From the NCBI RefSeq assembly GCF_009914755.1, contig NC_060926.1: a stretch of DNA of 64,000 nt; one strand, 5' to 3'. This DNA is from the human T2T-CHM13v2.0 reference genome, Homo sapiens. Every line of letters begins with the position of its first letter. Within the stretch, counting starts at the first letter, position 1. Below, piece after piece: positions 29,429 to 41,230 of the stretch. The notes below the pieces were generated by a model. The model did no database searches, was not told where the DNA came from, and saw only the letters and a program-made list of their open reading frames with translations. A program made the translations under genes and the position numbers.

Positions 29429-30010
29429 CGGGGGACCTCCCTTGGGAGATCAATCCCCTGTACTCCTGTTCTTTGCTCTGTGAGAAAGATCCACCTATGA
29501 CCTCAGGTCCTCAGACCAACCAGCCCAAGGAACATCTCACCAATTTTAAATCAGGTAAGTGGCCTCTTCTTACTCTCTTCTCCAACCTCTCTCACTCACC
29601 ACTCCAACCTCAATCACTTTCTCCTTTCCACTCTTCAATCTCTCCCTTCTCTTAATTTCAATTCCTTTCATTTTCTGGGAGAGACAAAGGAGACATGTTT
29701 TATCCGTGGACCCAAAACTCCGGTGCCGGTCACGGACTGGGAAGGCAGCCTTCCCTTGGTGTTTAATCATTGCAGGGATGCCTTTCTGATTATACACCCA
29801 TGTTTCAAGGGTGTCAGACCACACAGGGACGCCTGCCTTGGTCCTTCACCCTTAGCAGGAAGTCCCGCTTTTCTGGGGAAGGGGCAAGTACCCCAACCCC
29901 TTCTCTCCTTGTCTCTACTCTTTCTCTGCTTTTCTGGGAGAGGGGCAGTACCCCTCAACCCCTTCTCCTTCACCCTTAGTGGCAAGTCCTGCTTTTCTAT
30001 GGGGCAAGAA

Positions 30011-30142
30011 CCCCCAATCCCTTATTTCCATGCCCCAACCTCTTATCTCTGCACCCCAGTCCCTTATTTCTGTGCCCCAACCTCTTATCTCTGCACCCCA
30101 ATCCCTTATTTCCACACCCCGGCCTCTTATCTCTGCGCCCCA
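30011..30142 (+). repeat. HERV-H pre-gag tandem repeat (~21-nt unit x ~6, alternating variants)
   Basis: ccccaatcccttatttccatg alternating with ccccaacctcttatctctgca. Confidence 0.85.
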
Positions 30143-30235
30143 ACCCCTTTTCCCACTTTTCTAGAAGGTAAGAACCCACGAACCCCTTCCCTCCGTTTCT
30201 CTACTCTCTCTTTCTCTAGGCTTGCTTCCTTCACT

Positions 30236-33200
30236 ATGGGCAACCTTCCACCCTCCATTCCTCCTTCTACTCCCTTGGCCTGTGTTCTCAAAAACTTAAA
30301 ATCTCTTCAACTCACACCTGACCTAAAGCCTAAATGCCTTATTTTCTTCTGCAATGCCACTTGACCCCAGTACAAACTCAACAGTGGTTCCAAATAGCCG
30401 GAAAACGGCACTTTCAATTTTTCCATCCTACAAGATCTAAATAATTCTTGTCATAAAATGGGCAAATGGTCTGAGGTGCCTGACGTCCAGGCATTCTTTT
30501 ACACATCAGTCCCTTCCTAGTCTCTGTGCCCAGTGCAACTCGTCCCAAATCTTCCTTCTTTCCCTCCCGCCTGTCCCCTCAGTACCAACCCCAAGCATCG
30601 CTGAGTCTTTCTAATCTTCCTTTTCTACAGACCCATCTGACCTCTCCCTTCCTCCCCAGGCTGCTCCTTGCAAGGCCGAGCTAGGTCCCAATTCTTCCTC
30701 AGCCTCTGCTCCTCCACCCTATAATCCTTTTATCACCTCCCCTCCTCACACCTGGTCCGGCTTACAGTTTCATTCCATGACTAGCCCTCCCCCACCTGCC
30801 CAGCAATTTACTCTTAAAAAGGTGGCTGGAGCCAAAGGCATAGTCAAGGTTAATGCTCCTTTTTCTTTATCCCAAATCAGAAGCGTTTAGGCTCTTTTTC
30901 ATCAAATATAAAAATCCAGCCCAGTTCATGACTCCTTTGGCAGCAACCCTGAGACGCTTTACAGCCCTAGACCCTAAAAGGTCAAAAGGCCGTCTTATTC
31001 TCAATATACATTTTATTACCCAATCTGCTCCCGACATTAAATAAAACTCCAAAAACTGGAATCTGGCCCTCAAACCCCACAACAGGACTTAATTAACCTC
31101 ACCTTCAAGGTGTACAATAACAGAAAAAAGTTGCAATTCTTTGCCTCCACTGTGAGACAAACCCCAGCCACATCTCCAGCACACAAGAACTTCCAAACGC
31201 CTGAACCGCAACGGCCAGGCATTCCTCCAGAACCTCCTCCCCCAGGAGCTGGCTACACGTGCTGGAAATCTGGCCACTGGGCCAAGGAATGCCCGCAGCC
31301 CTGGATTCCTCCTAAGCCGCGTCCCATCTGTGTGGGACCCCACTGAAAATTGGACTGTTCAACTCACCTGGCAGCCACTCCCAGAGCCCCTGGAACTCTG
31401 GCCCAAGGCTCTCTGACTGACTCCTTCCCAGATCTTCTCGGCTTAGCGGCTGAAGACTGACACTGCCTGATTGCCTCGGAAGCCCCCTAGACCATCACAG
31501 ACACCGAGCTTCACGTAACTCTCACAGTGGAAGGTAAAGCCGTCCCCTTCTTAATCAATACGGAGGCTACCCACTCCACATTACCTTCTTTTCAAGGGCC
31601 TGTTTCCCTTGCCTCCATAACTGTTGTGGGTATTGACAGCCAGGCTTCTAAACCTCTTAAAACTCCCCAACTCTGGTGCCAACTTAGACAATACTCTTCT
31701 AAGCACTCCTTTTAATTATCCCCACCTGCCCAGTTCCCTTATTAGGCTGAGACACTTTAACTAAATTATCTGCTTCCCTGACTATTCCTGGACTACAGTT
31801 ATATCTCATTGCCGCCCTTCTGCCCAATCCAAAGCCTTCTTTGCGTCCTCCTCTTGTATCCCCCCACCTTAACCCACAAGTATAAGATACCTCTACTCCC
31901 TCCTTGGTGACCGATCATGCACCCCTTACCATCTCATTAAAACCTAATCACCCTTACCCCACTCAATGCCAATATCCCATCCCGCAGCACGCTTTAAAAA
32001 GATTAAAGCCTGTTATCACTCGCCTGCTACATCATGGCCTTTTAAAACCTATAAACTCTCCTTACAATTCCCCCATTTTACCTGTCCTAAAACCAGACAA
32101 GCCTTACAAGTTAGTTCAGGAGCTGTGCCTTATCAACCAAATTGTTTTGCCTATCCACCCTGTGGTGCCCAACCCGTACCCTCTTTTGTCCTCAATACCT
32201 TCCTCCACAACTCACTATGCCGTGCTTGATCTTAAAGATGCTTTTTTCACTATTCCCCTGCACCCCTCATCCCAGCCTCTCTTTGCTTTCACTTAGACTG
32301 ACCCTGAGACCCATTAGGCTCAGCAAATTACCTAGGCTGTACTGCCGCAAGCCTTCATAGATAGCCCCCATTAGTTCTGTCAAGCCCAAATTTTATCCTC
32401 ATCTGTTACCTATCTCGGCATAATTCTCGTAAAAACATACGTGCTTTCCCTGCTGATCATGTCTGATTAATCTCCCAAACCTCAATCCCTTACAAAACAG
32501 CAACTCCTTTCCTTCCTAGGCATAGTTAGTGCAGTCAGAATTCTTACACAAGAGCCAGGACCGCACCCTGTAGCCTTTCTGTGCAAACAACTTGACCTTA
32601 CCGTTTTAGCCTAGCACTCATGTCTGCGTGCAGCAGCTGCCGCTGCTTTAATAGTTTTAGAGGCCCTCAAAATCACAAACTATGCTCAACTCACTCTCTA
32701 CAGTTCTCATAACTTCCAAAATCTATTTTCTTCCTCATACCTGACGCATATAATTTCTGCTTCCCGGCTCCTTCAGCCGTACTCACTCTTCGTTGAGTCT
32801 CCCACAATTACCGTTGTTCCTGGCCCGGACTTCAATCCGGCCTCCCACATTATTCCTGATACCGCACCTGACCCCCATGACTGTATCTCTCTGATCCACC
32901 TGACATTCACCCCATTTCCCCAAATTTCCTTCTTTCCTGTTCCTCACCCTGATCACGCTTGATTTATTGATGGCGGTTCCACCAGGCCTAATCGCCACAC
33001 ACCAGCAAAGGCAGGTTATGCCATAGTACAAGCCACTAGCCCGCCTCTTAGAACCTCTCATTTCCTTTCCGTCATGGAAATCTATCCTCAAGGAAATAAC
33101 TTCTCAGTGTTCCATCTGCTATTCTACTCCTCCTCAGGGATTATTCTGGCCCCCTCCCTTCCCTACACATCAAGCTTGAGGATTTGCCCCCACCCAGGAC

Positions 33201-33700
33201 TGGCAAATTAGCTTTACTCAACATGCCCGAGTCAGGAAACTAAAATACCTCTTAGTCTAAATAGACACTTTCACTGAATAAGTAAAGGCCTTTCCTACAG
33301 GGTCTGAGAAGGCCACCGCAGTCATTTCTTCCCTTCTGCCAGACACAATTCCTCAGTTTAGCCTTCCCACCTCAATACAGTCTGATAACAGACCAGCCTT
33401 TATTAGTCAAATCAGCCAAGCAGTTTTTCAAGCTCTTAGTATTCAGTGAAACCTTTATATCCCTTATGGTCCTCTGTCTTCAAGAAAAGTAGAATGGACT
33501 AAAGGTCTTTTAAAAACACACCTCACCAAGCTCAGCCACCAACTTAAAAAAGACTGGACAATACTTCTACCACTTTCCCTTCTCAGAATTCAGGCCTGTT
33601 CTCGGAATGCTACAGGGTACAGCCCACTTAAGCTCCTGTATAGATGCTCCTTTTTATTAGGCCCCAGTCTCATTCCAGACAACAGACCAACTTAGACTGT
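30236..33700 (+). pseudogene. HERV-H gag-pro-pol remnants
   Basis: MGNLPPSIPP (Gag start); decayed zinc knuckle YTCWKSGHWAKEC; protease FLINTEATHS (DTG changed to NTE); RT VLDLKDAFF; RNase H FIDG; many stops. Confidence 0.88.
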
Positions 33701-34287
33701 GCCCCCCCCAAAAAAAACTTGTCATCCTTACTATCTTCTGTCTAGTCACCCTATTCACCATTCTCAACTACTCATACATGCCCTGCTCTTGTTTACACTG
33801 CCAGTTTACACTGTTTTTCCAAGTCATCACAGCTGATATCTCCTGGTGCTATCTCCAAACTGCCACTCTTAACTCTTGAAGTAAATGAATAATCTTTGCT
33901 GGCAGGACTCTGCCGAATCTCCTTAAGCACTCTCTAATCAGATATCCTGAGTCGTCCCAATTCTTAGACCTTTTATACCTGTTTTTCTCCTTCTGTTATT
34001 CCATTTAGTTTTTCAATTCATACAAAACCGTATCCAGGCCATCACCAATCATTCTATACGACAAACGTTTCTTCTAACATCCCCACAATATCACCCCTTA
34101 CCACAAGACCTCCCTTCAGCTTAATCTCTCCCACTCTAGGTTCCCACACTGCCCCTAATCCCGCTTGAAGCAGCCCTGAGAAACATCGTCCACTCTCTCT
34201 CCATACCACCCCCCCAAAAATTTTCGCCGCCCCAACACTTCAACACTATTTTGTTTTATTTTTCTTGTTAATATAAGAAGGCAGGAA

Positions 34288-34697
34288 TGTCAGGCCTCTG
34301 AGCCCAAGCCAAGCCATCGCATCCCCTGTGACTTGCATGTATATGCCCAGATGGCCTGACGTAACTGAAGAATCACAAAAGAAGTGAATATGCCCTGCCC
34401 CACCTTAACTGATGACATTCCACCACACAAGAAGTGTAAATGGCCAGTCCTTGCCTTAACTGATGACATTACCTTGTGAAAGTCCTTTTCCTGGCTCATC
34501 CAGGCTCAAAAAGCACCCCCACTGAGCACCTTGCGACCCCCACTCCTGCCGGCCAGAGAACAAACCCCCTTTGACTGTAATTTTCCTTTACCTACCCAAA
34601 TCCTATAAAACGGCCCCACCCTTATCTCCCTTCGCTGACTCTCTTTTTGGACTCAGCCTGCCTGCACCCAGGTGAAATAAACAGCCATGTTGCTCAC
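34288..34697 (+). repeat. LTR7 U3-R only (3' end), with TATA box and poly(A) signal
   Basis: tgtcaggcctctgag follows PPT aagaaggcaggaa; two ccttaactgatgacatt repeats; TATAAAA at 34604-34610; R 34634-34697; AATAAA at 34676-34681. Confidence 0.95.
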
Positions 34698-34726
34698 AAA
34701 AAAAAAAAAAAAAAGAAATGCACTTG

Positions 34727-34748
34727 TACACATGTGTGCACGTGCATG

Positions 34749-34779
<31 letters not shown>
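34727..34779. repeat. Alternating purine-pyrimidine / (CA)n microsatellite
   Basis: tacacatgtgtgcacgtgcatgcacg followed by a (ca)n run. Confidence 0.9.
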
Positions 34780-35524
34780 TCTTGATCACCTGTGAATGGT
34801 TCTGAGATATCCTGCCCTTCCTAGGGGAGTATTTGTGGAGATTGTCCAACCACAGCTTTTTTGGGAACAAATGGTAGAATGTGAATAAAGATAAACAAGG
34901 CAATTAATTTGATATTAATTTGATGTAGCATTAAATTAAAGGTCTCAATGTTCCTGGCTATTTAAAGCCTGCTATCCTCTCCACAATGAAGGAGAAGACA
35001 CTCATATCCAGAGAGAAGCACCCAGTGAGGTTGAGAGACACTGCAAGGCCTCTCCTGAGTCTTGCTGCTCTGGGCGTGTAGACCTCATGGCTTCAGCAAA
35101 AATAATTTTTTCTCTTGCTTTTCTCCTTGTAGATGGCGTGTGCCTTCTGTGAATTATTCTTTCATGGGATCCACAAGAAAATAAACTCCTTTTGTGGTCA
35201 GTCCAAATCTTCCTTGTTACTTCTCTCTAGTGCTTGCTGTTTTCAGCAAGAGCACTGGTCAAAAACAAAACAAAAACCTTGATTTCCCATCAGCATCTCA
35301 CCCATTGATCTAAACAGCCCTTCATGAGGGATCAATGAACATCAGGAGATCAGTACTCTAGCATTGCTGTTCATTAGAATTCATTAGGGGTTAAAATCAA
35401 TTTCCCATTCTGTGTATTTTACTGCCCTGAAATCATCTGTTCAGCACAGCTTTCTAACGGTTTTCGGCTTAATTTAATACTTAATATCTCACTTCTGCAA
35501 TAAAAAAAGGGATCAATGTTCAAC

Positions 35525-35782
35525 CAATGCTGTACTGGTAAATGTTTAACAATCATCTCTCAAAAAAAATGTAGCATTTGCCAATTTCAGCAGTATAAAT
35601 ACCGCCACCATAGCCAATGTTAGGCTGCCAAGATGATACCACCAAACGTGGAGTTGGAAATTTATTTAATTGTAAATTTGTATAATTTAATGTTTAATAG
35701 TGGCTGTATTTAGCAATTACCTCACAACATTCCTAAAAATTTAACAATCAGCAAGCTGGTTTGAGTGAGAACTAGCACACTC
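35525..35782 (-). mobile_element. MER63-like hAT DNA transposon
   Basis: ctggtaaatgtttaacaa...atttatttaattgtaaatttgtataatttaa...aaaatttaacaatc...agcacac. Confidence 0.6.
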
Positions 35783-35926
35783 TTAAAAGGAAGCATGGTG
35801 GAAGAATGGAAACAGCATCGTAGCAAGAAAGGCCCCGGATTTTAGCTAAGAGACCATAGGTGACCTACTGAAGTTTTCTGGCTTTAGAGGCAAGAGTAGG
35901 CAATCTCTTAAGAACCATCCTCTTCA

Positions 35927-36228
35927 GGCCAGGCACGGTGGCTCAAGCCTGTAATCCCAGCACTTTGGGAGGCCGAGGCAGGCGGATCACGAGGTCAGGA
36001 GATTGAGACCATCCTGGCTAACACAGTGAAACCCCATCTCTACTAAAAATACAAAAAAATTAGCCAGGCGTGGTGGCAGGCACCTGTAGTCCCAGCTACT
36101 CAGGAGGCTGACACAGGAGAGTGGCGTGAAGCCGGGAGGCGGAGCTTGCAGTGAGCCGAGATTGCGCCACTGCACTCCAGCCTGGGCGACAGAGAGAGAC
36201 TCCGTCTCAAAAAAGAAAGAAAGAAAGA
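35927..36228 (+). mobile_element. AluY
   Basis: Y-type positions (gatcacgaggtcaggagatt, catcctggctaacac, ggagcttgcagt); 17-bp TSD aagaaccatcctcttca (35910-35926) / aagaacaatcctcttca (36229-36245). Confidence 0.95.
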
Positions 36229-37348
36229 AAGAACAATCCTCTTCAAGGATTCTGTGATTTTCACAATCTTCCAATACCACCTCAAATAACTGGATTCTGT
36301 TGCCCTTTGCACTTACAGTTTTCTTTCTGCTCAAACACAAATGAAATGAACTAATAATAATTTTTCAATAACAATAACAGGTAACATTTATTGAGGATGT
36401 ACCAGTGCCAGGAATCTTAACTTATTAAATCTGCACAACTCTATGAGATTGATGCTATGATTATAACCATTTCAACAATGAGTACATGAATGCAGAGAGA
36501 AGTTAAATAAATTACTAAAGGTCTCACACCCTGGCCTCTGTGCACTTAATCATGGCACTGTAAATAAATAAACCATAACATTTTCATTATGTAGGGGACA
36601 TTTTTAGGACTATATAGAGTTATGATTTCTAAAGGAAAATCTGACGAAATAAGAAGTGTGTATCAGGGAGTAGATAAGCCAAAGAAATTTCCTTAATGTT
36701 TCCAGGGTAGATTTTTTTTAAGTGGCTCAAATTTTAAAAGTTTTGTGACCATGATTCATGGCCACTTCCTTTGCTATCTAATATCTGCAGTAGTTCCTGA
36801 CCAAGGAAAGAATTCTTTATTAATTTTGAAAAATACTCCCGTACTATACAATGAGAAGGATAGCAGCATTCAGTAACACAAATTTCCATAAACAAATTAG
36901 ATATTCCATTACCCCCCAATAAAATCTTATAAGAAACCACCAATTATTGTGAGAATTATCTTCATTTTAACCATCTGGTCCTTCTGAACAGAAAGAGTGT
37001 TTGTACATGAGCCTGAGACATAAGACAGAGAACTGTTGTTATCTTGATACATTGCAACATGTGAAAATAATTGCTTTTAGTGTGGCTAATACTCGTATCA
37101 CACACAATACAACTGTAGGGCAAAATTCTTGTCTGTGTTCCATATAAATAATTTGACTCCAACATTCAACTCTCCTTATATGTACAAGGCTGACTAGACA
37201 TTCTAAGACTGACTTAATTCTCCATAAAATTTCCCAAACTAACTCAATGATGAAAACCCATACACAAGAAGAATGGGGAGTTAGTGTGACCATTTCCATA
37301 ACACACATGAACATGTGATTTGACTTTTTTAAAAAGGTAAAGTGTATG

Positions 37349-37760
37349 TATCCTGTGTGCTGCTTATTCTCTGCCTCTCACAATTATTTCTCACCCTCCA
37401 CTGCCCTGTTCTGCACCCAGAAGGGTGACTTCTATAATTTTAAGCCCCCAGGCCCCTTTGCACTCTGGCTTCAGGTTGGTTTGGGCCAATAGGAGAAACT
37501 GGCAGGAGTTTGAAACATTAAGAAATGGAACAAGGATTTTACATTGCCACCAATATTCTAAGGCCATGGATCCTGCCATGCAGTCCCTCTTACCCTTCCA
37601 CTCCCTGGCCCTTTCAGGCCCATGGTAACAGCATGTGCCCATCATCCCTCTTGGTTCCCTTAATTTTGACTACACCTCTATAAACAGGGCCTTTGTTAAA
37701 CTCACTTTGGCTACACACTTATCCTGGGCCTTCTATCCCCTACCAGGACATTCACTGAAA
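37349..37760 (+). mobile_element. Ancient ERVL-type LTR (LTR33/LTR16-like)
   Basis: ctctggcttcaggttggtttgggccaatagg...ggttcccttaa...ctttgttaaactc; degenerate, family uncertain. Confidence 0.45.
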
Positions 37761-38399
37761 CATCATTCTCCAAATAAGTTAAATACAGATATCAAAAATG
37801 TTCTAAATGTTATATATTATTTGTTACATATGGTAACTTGTCATATATATATGTGTAGCTATATATTTTCCCCTCTCCATATTCCTTTAAACAGAGAGTA
37901 AGTCCTTATTTATTCGATTCAGGTAAAACTGAATTAAAGCAACTTTTCAGGCAACACACCTGTTGCATACATTGAAGTATCCTGGAAATGCAGTTTGCAG
38001 TTTAATGCTGAAGAAAATACCTGTTTAAAGATGCATCTTGATCTGTAATCAAGGTTTTGACTATTAAATATTGAAAGCAGGCAGAGTTCAGAAGAAAATA
38101 CAATCCATTCTATTCCAAGTTATAGGAAGCTGATTACACAGTTTTGCATTAACATGTCAAAGAGTTCTATTTTGTTGCCCTTTCCATCTTACATCTTTGT
38201 AGGTTCCTTTCCAGTAAAACACTGACAAAATGAGTTAATAATTATCAATAACAATAATATTAGCTAACATTTATTGAGCCAAATATTGCACAGGGCACAT
38301 GTATACTAAAAATGATATGTTGTTTATCAGAAATTCAAATTTAGGTGTCCTGCTTTTTAAAATTTTGTTTTGTTTTGTTTTGCTAAATAAGGCAACCCT

Positions 38400-38485
38400 A
38401 TACATGTGTGAATGTCTACCAGATTGAGCAACATAGATGTACAACATTTTCATTATTGCAGAAAATTCTATTGGAGAGCTCTGTT
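38400..38485. mobile_element. MER3-like DNA transposon fragment
   Basis: aacattttcattattgcagaaaattctattggagagctct. Confidence 0.5.
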
Positions 38486-41056
38486 TTATCATATCATGAG
38501 CTCAGTTTATATTAGTGCTTGGTGTTAATAAAAAAAAATGCCATGTATCATCATCTCACTATCTAAGGAGCAACACATTTTGACAAAAACAGACATTTGT
38601 GTAGTTAAAATCCTGAAAAATTACATTTATTTTATTTACTTTGGAGATGAAATAGAGACTGACTTCTGACCACCAGCTTTCAAATGAACACTTTAGGGAA
38701 CTAGATAGTCATTTTCCCAATAATTAACCCTTTGAGACAGTCTTCCTTTGAATACCCCATAATGACATTCTTTAAAAAAAAGAATTACATTTATTGCAAA
38801 ATGTAATCTCCATGCAGAAATATGCTTAATATATATTTGTACAGTTTCTAAAATAACCATAAGGCTTGACATTCCTTTGTGATATGTGTTACAGACTGGT
38901 TGCTCTCATGGGATCATTCAGAGTTCGTCTCTTGTAATTTTCTAGGTCTGGCCAGAAATATTTTGTTTTTATGTTTAAACACCCCATCAGTCAGCACCTG
39001 GTAAATATATAGCTGGAATCCTCAGTAAATTACTTAGAAACTAAAGGAATAGATTGTATTTAAAAAGGTATAAAGAAAATTGACCTCTGTTTCTCTAATA
39101 AAAGTGGGAGAGGCAGGACCCTTCCATCCCAATCAGTGTCATTAATTGGTTATTGGAGCAAATGAATGATTCTTTCTACCTGTTCTCCTCCAAGTTTAGG
39201 AGGAACTAATCTGGTCAATTAACCTTTGGCATCACGGGTTTGAAGCAATTTGGAAGAGGGCTAGTTTTTTGTGTTTTTTTTTCCCCTGGGCTATTCTTTT
39301 GTCCCCTGTCCCCTGTGCTTTAAGAGGAAACTCGATTCAAGACATTTCAACAAATCCAGAAGGAAAAATCCTGATTCCCCTAATGCTTGAGAAGTGAGAC
39401 TCACAAGCAGGCAACGGGCCTTTATTTCTGGAGGGAGACAGCTGGAGCAAGCTCTCTCTGCGGGGCTAAGAGCATCTTGCTCTTTATTCGGTTTCTCTGA
39501 TGAGGCCTTTAGTTGGGCATCAGTTTACCCATTGGTAAATGGAGTTGAATAATATATACTTACCACTCCATAGTAAATGAATATTGAAGATCTTTGGCTA
39601 AAGAGGGCTATGAATATGTAAAAGCTCTGTGAATACAAATCAAGAATTCATGACTTAGTAAAAGCTCAATATGTTGATAAATCTTGAATTTTTGCAAATG
39701 CTGAGATGTTTCACTTTTATTCAGAATATATAATAGTTAGGGATTGAAGTTTAGCCAGAGAGGCTTTATGCAAAGGACACATATGTAACTATGTACAGTA
39801 AAAAGCTGTACATCTGGCATGTTGGGGGAGACTGGAGGCACCAATCAGTCAAAAGTTCTGACTAACAATTTTTCATTGCTTCTGGTAGTTCTCTTGTTTC
39901 TTGTCTTGGGCTCTGTATTAAAGCCTAGATGTGTTGGGGTGGGGGGTAGTGGGGAGATGGTAATTTTACTCAGGGAAAGCTATGTTTGGCCAAAGTTCAC
40001 TGAAGCAGCCATGTAGCTCAGCCCTACCCACATGCAAGGCTCCAAGTAGCCACAGAGAGCTCCATGCTCACAAATCATGAGATCCTTAGGTGTGGCATTG
40101 TGACATCAGAGGAGCAGATGCTGAAATGGGAGATGTACATGCAAATGAACTTGTGCACAAGTGTGGGCCGAGCCTCTCCTTGCCCGTTCTGCGCTTTGGT
40201 ACTAATCAGAAAAAAAGGTCACTTCCTCTGGGTAAAAACAGACCCTATACCAGAGCTGCCACTTTTCTCTTTACCTAGATACCCATGCTGTGAACAATCT
40301 ACATAATCAGATGATGTGGTCCCAAATATGAACTTGGGGAAATCTTTGATTTCTCCAGAAGGATGTATTTGTCTGTGTGAAGAAATTGTATTCAGTTTAA
40401 TTTTTAATGACTTGCTACTAAAATTCCTATACTCTCCAAATGTAGCTTTCTGGGTAATTTGAGGTTGTCACCTTTTTCTCATTTAGAAGTACAGGATTAA
40501 TTCAGTAGTTATGAGTAGACATCAGAGATGATGCTGAGCCTCCTACTGGCCAGGGCAAGAAAGGGAAACTCAAGAAATTCAGTTGTTCTCACTATCAGAT
40601 AAAGAAAGTAGCATACCCAAATTCCACTGGGGAAACAATGATCATCTTTTTTACTTTAAAATCAAAAGGAAATTTCTTGTATGAAATTTCACCTGGGAGC
40701 CACTGAGGCATCATAGACAACCATTGCATCAATAGTTTATAGTAAATGTAATGGCAATACATGGCAGCACTTTCCTGCAAAATCCTTTAGAAAAAGCAAA
40801 GCCCAATTGAGCTAATTCTGAGAAGGCCGAGCAAATTTGGGGATCTTTTGGTGCCTGACTTAAAGGACAGAACTTCTGGGAAAGTAAATACTCAGCCTAG
40901 TCCTCAGACTGGCAGTTTCTAGATGTCATCTGCAGTCAGCTTCTAGGTGGTGACAGAGTTTTTTCTGCTCCCCAGAAAAAGGAGGGGAAAAAAGGGTAAG
41001 ACATACATATTTCACAGCAAATTGGTTCACTTTCCTCACTTGAATAGGATTATGCT

Positions 41057-41230
41057 TTATTTTGTTGTATTTTTTTAAAGACAGGGCCTTGCTTGGTCAC
41101 CCAGGCTGGAGTCCAGTGGCACAATCATAGCTCATGGTAACTTTGAACTCCTGGTCTCAAGCAATCCTCCCAGATTCAGCCTCCCCAAGGTGCTGGGATT
41201 CCTTACAGGCATGAACCACCCTGCCCAGCC
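41057..41230 (-). mobile_element. Alu monomer (FRAM/FAM-like)
   Basis: Single antisense Alu arm with T-rich tail. Confidence 0.8.

Larger units (their letters stand above)
29302..34714 (+). mobile_element. HERV-H processed retrocopy (R-U5-internal-U3-R-polyA), common deleted ~5.4 kb type
   Basis: Starts at R with no 5' U3; tRNA-His PBS; gag/pro/pol remnants; PPT; 3' U3-R with no U5; A17 tail; 14-bp TSD agaaatgcacttgt (29288-29301 and 34714-34727). Confidence 0.95.

Noticed and set aside
30011-30142. Regular short repeats suggestive of a CRISPR-like array
   Set aside because: Head-to-tail tandem units without unique spacers, in primate ERV sequence.
29723-30364. 213-aa ORF with repeated PTSYLC/PYF units
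   Set aside because: It is the HERV-H pre-gag tandem repeat read in frame into the first Gag codons and stopping early; not an independent gene.
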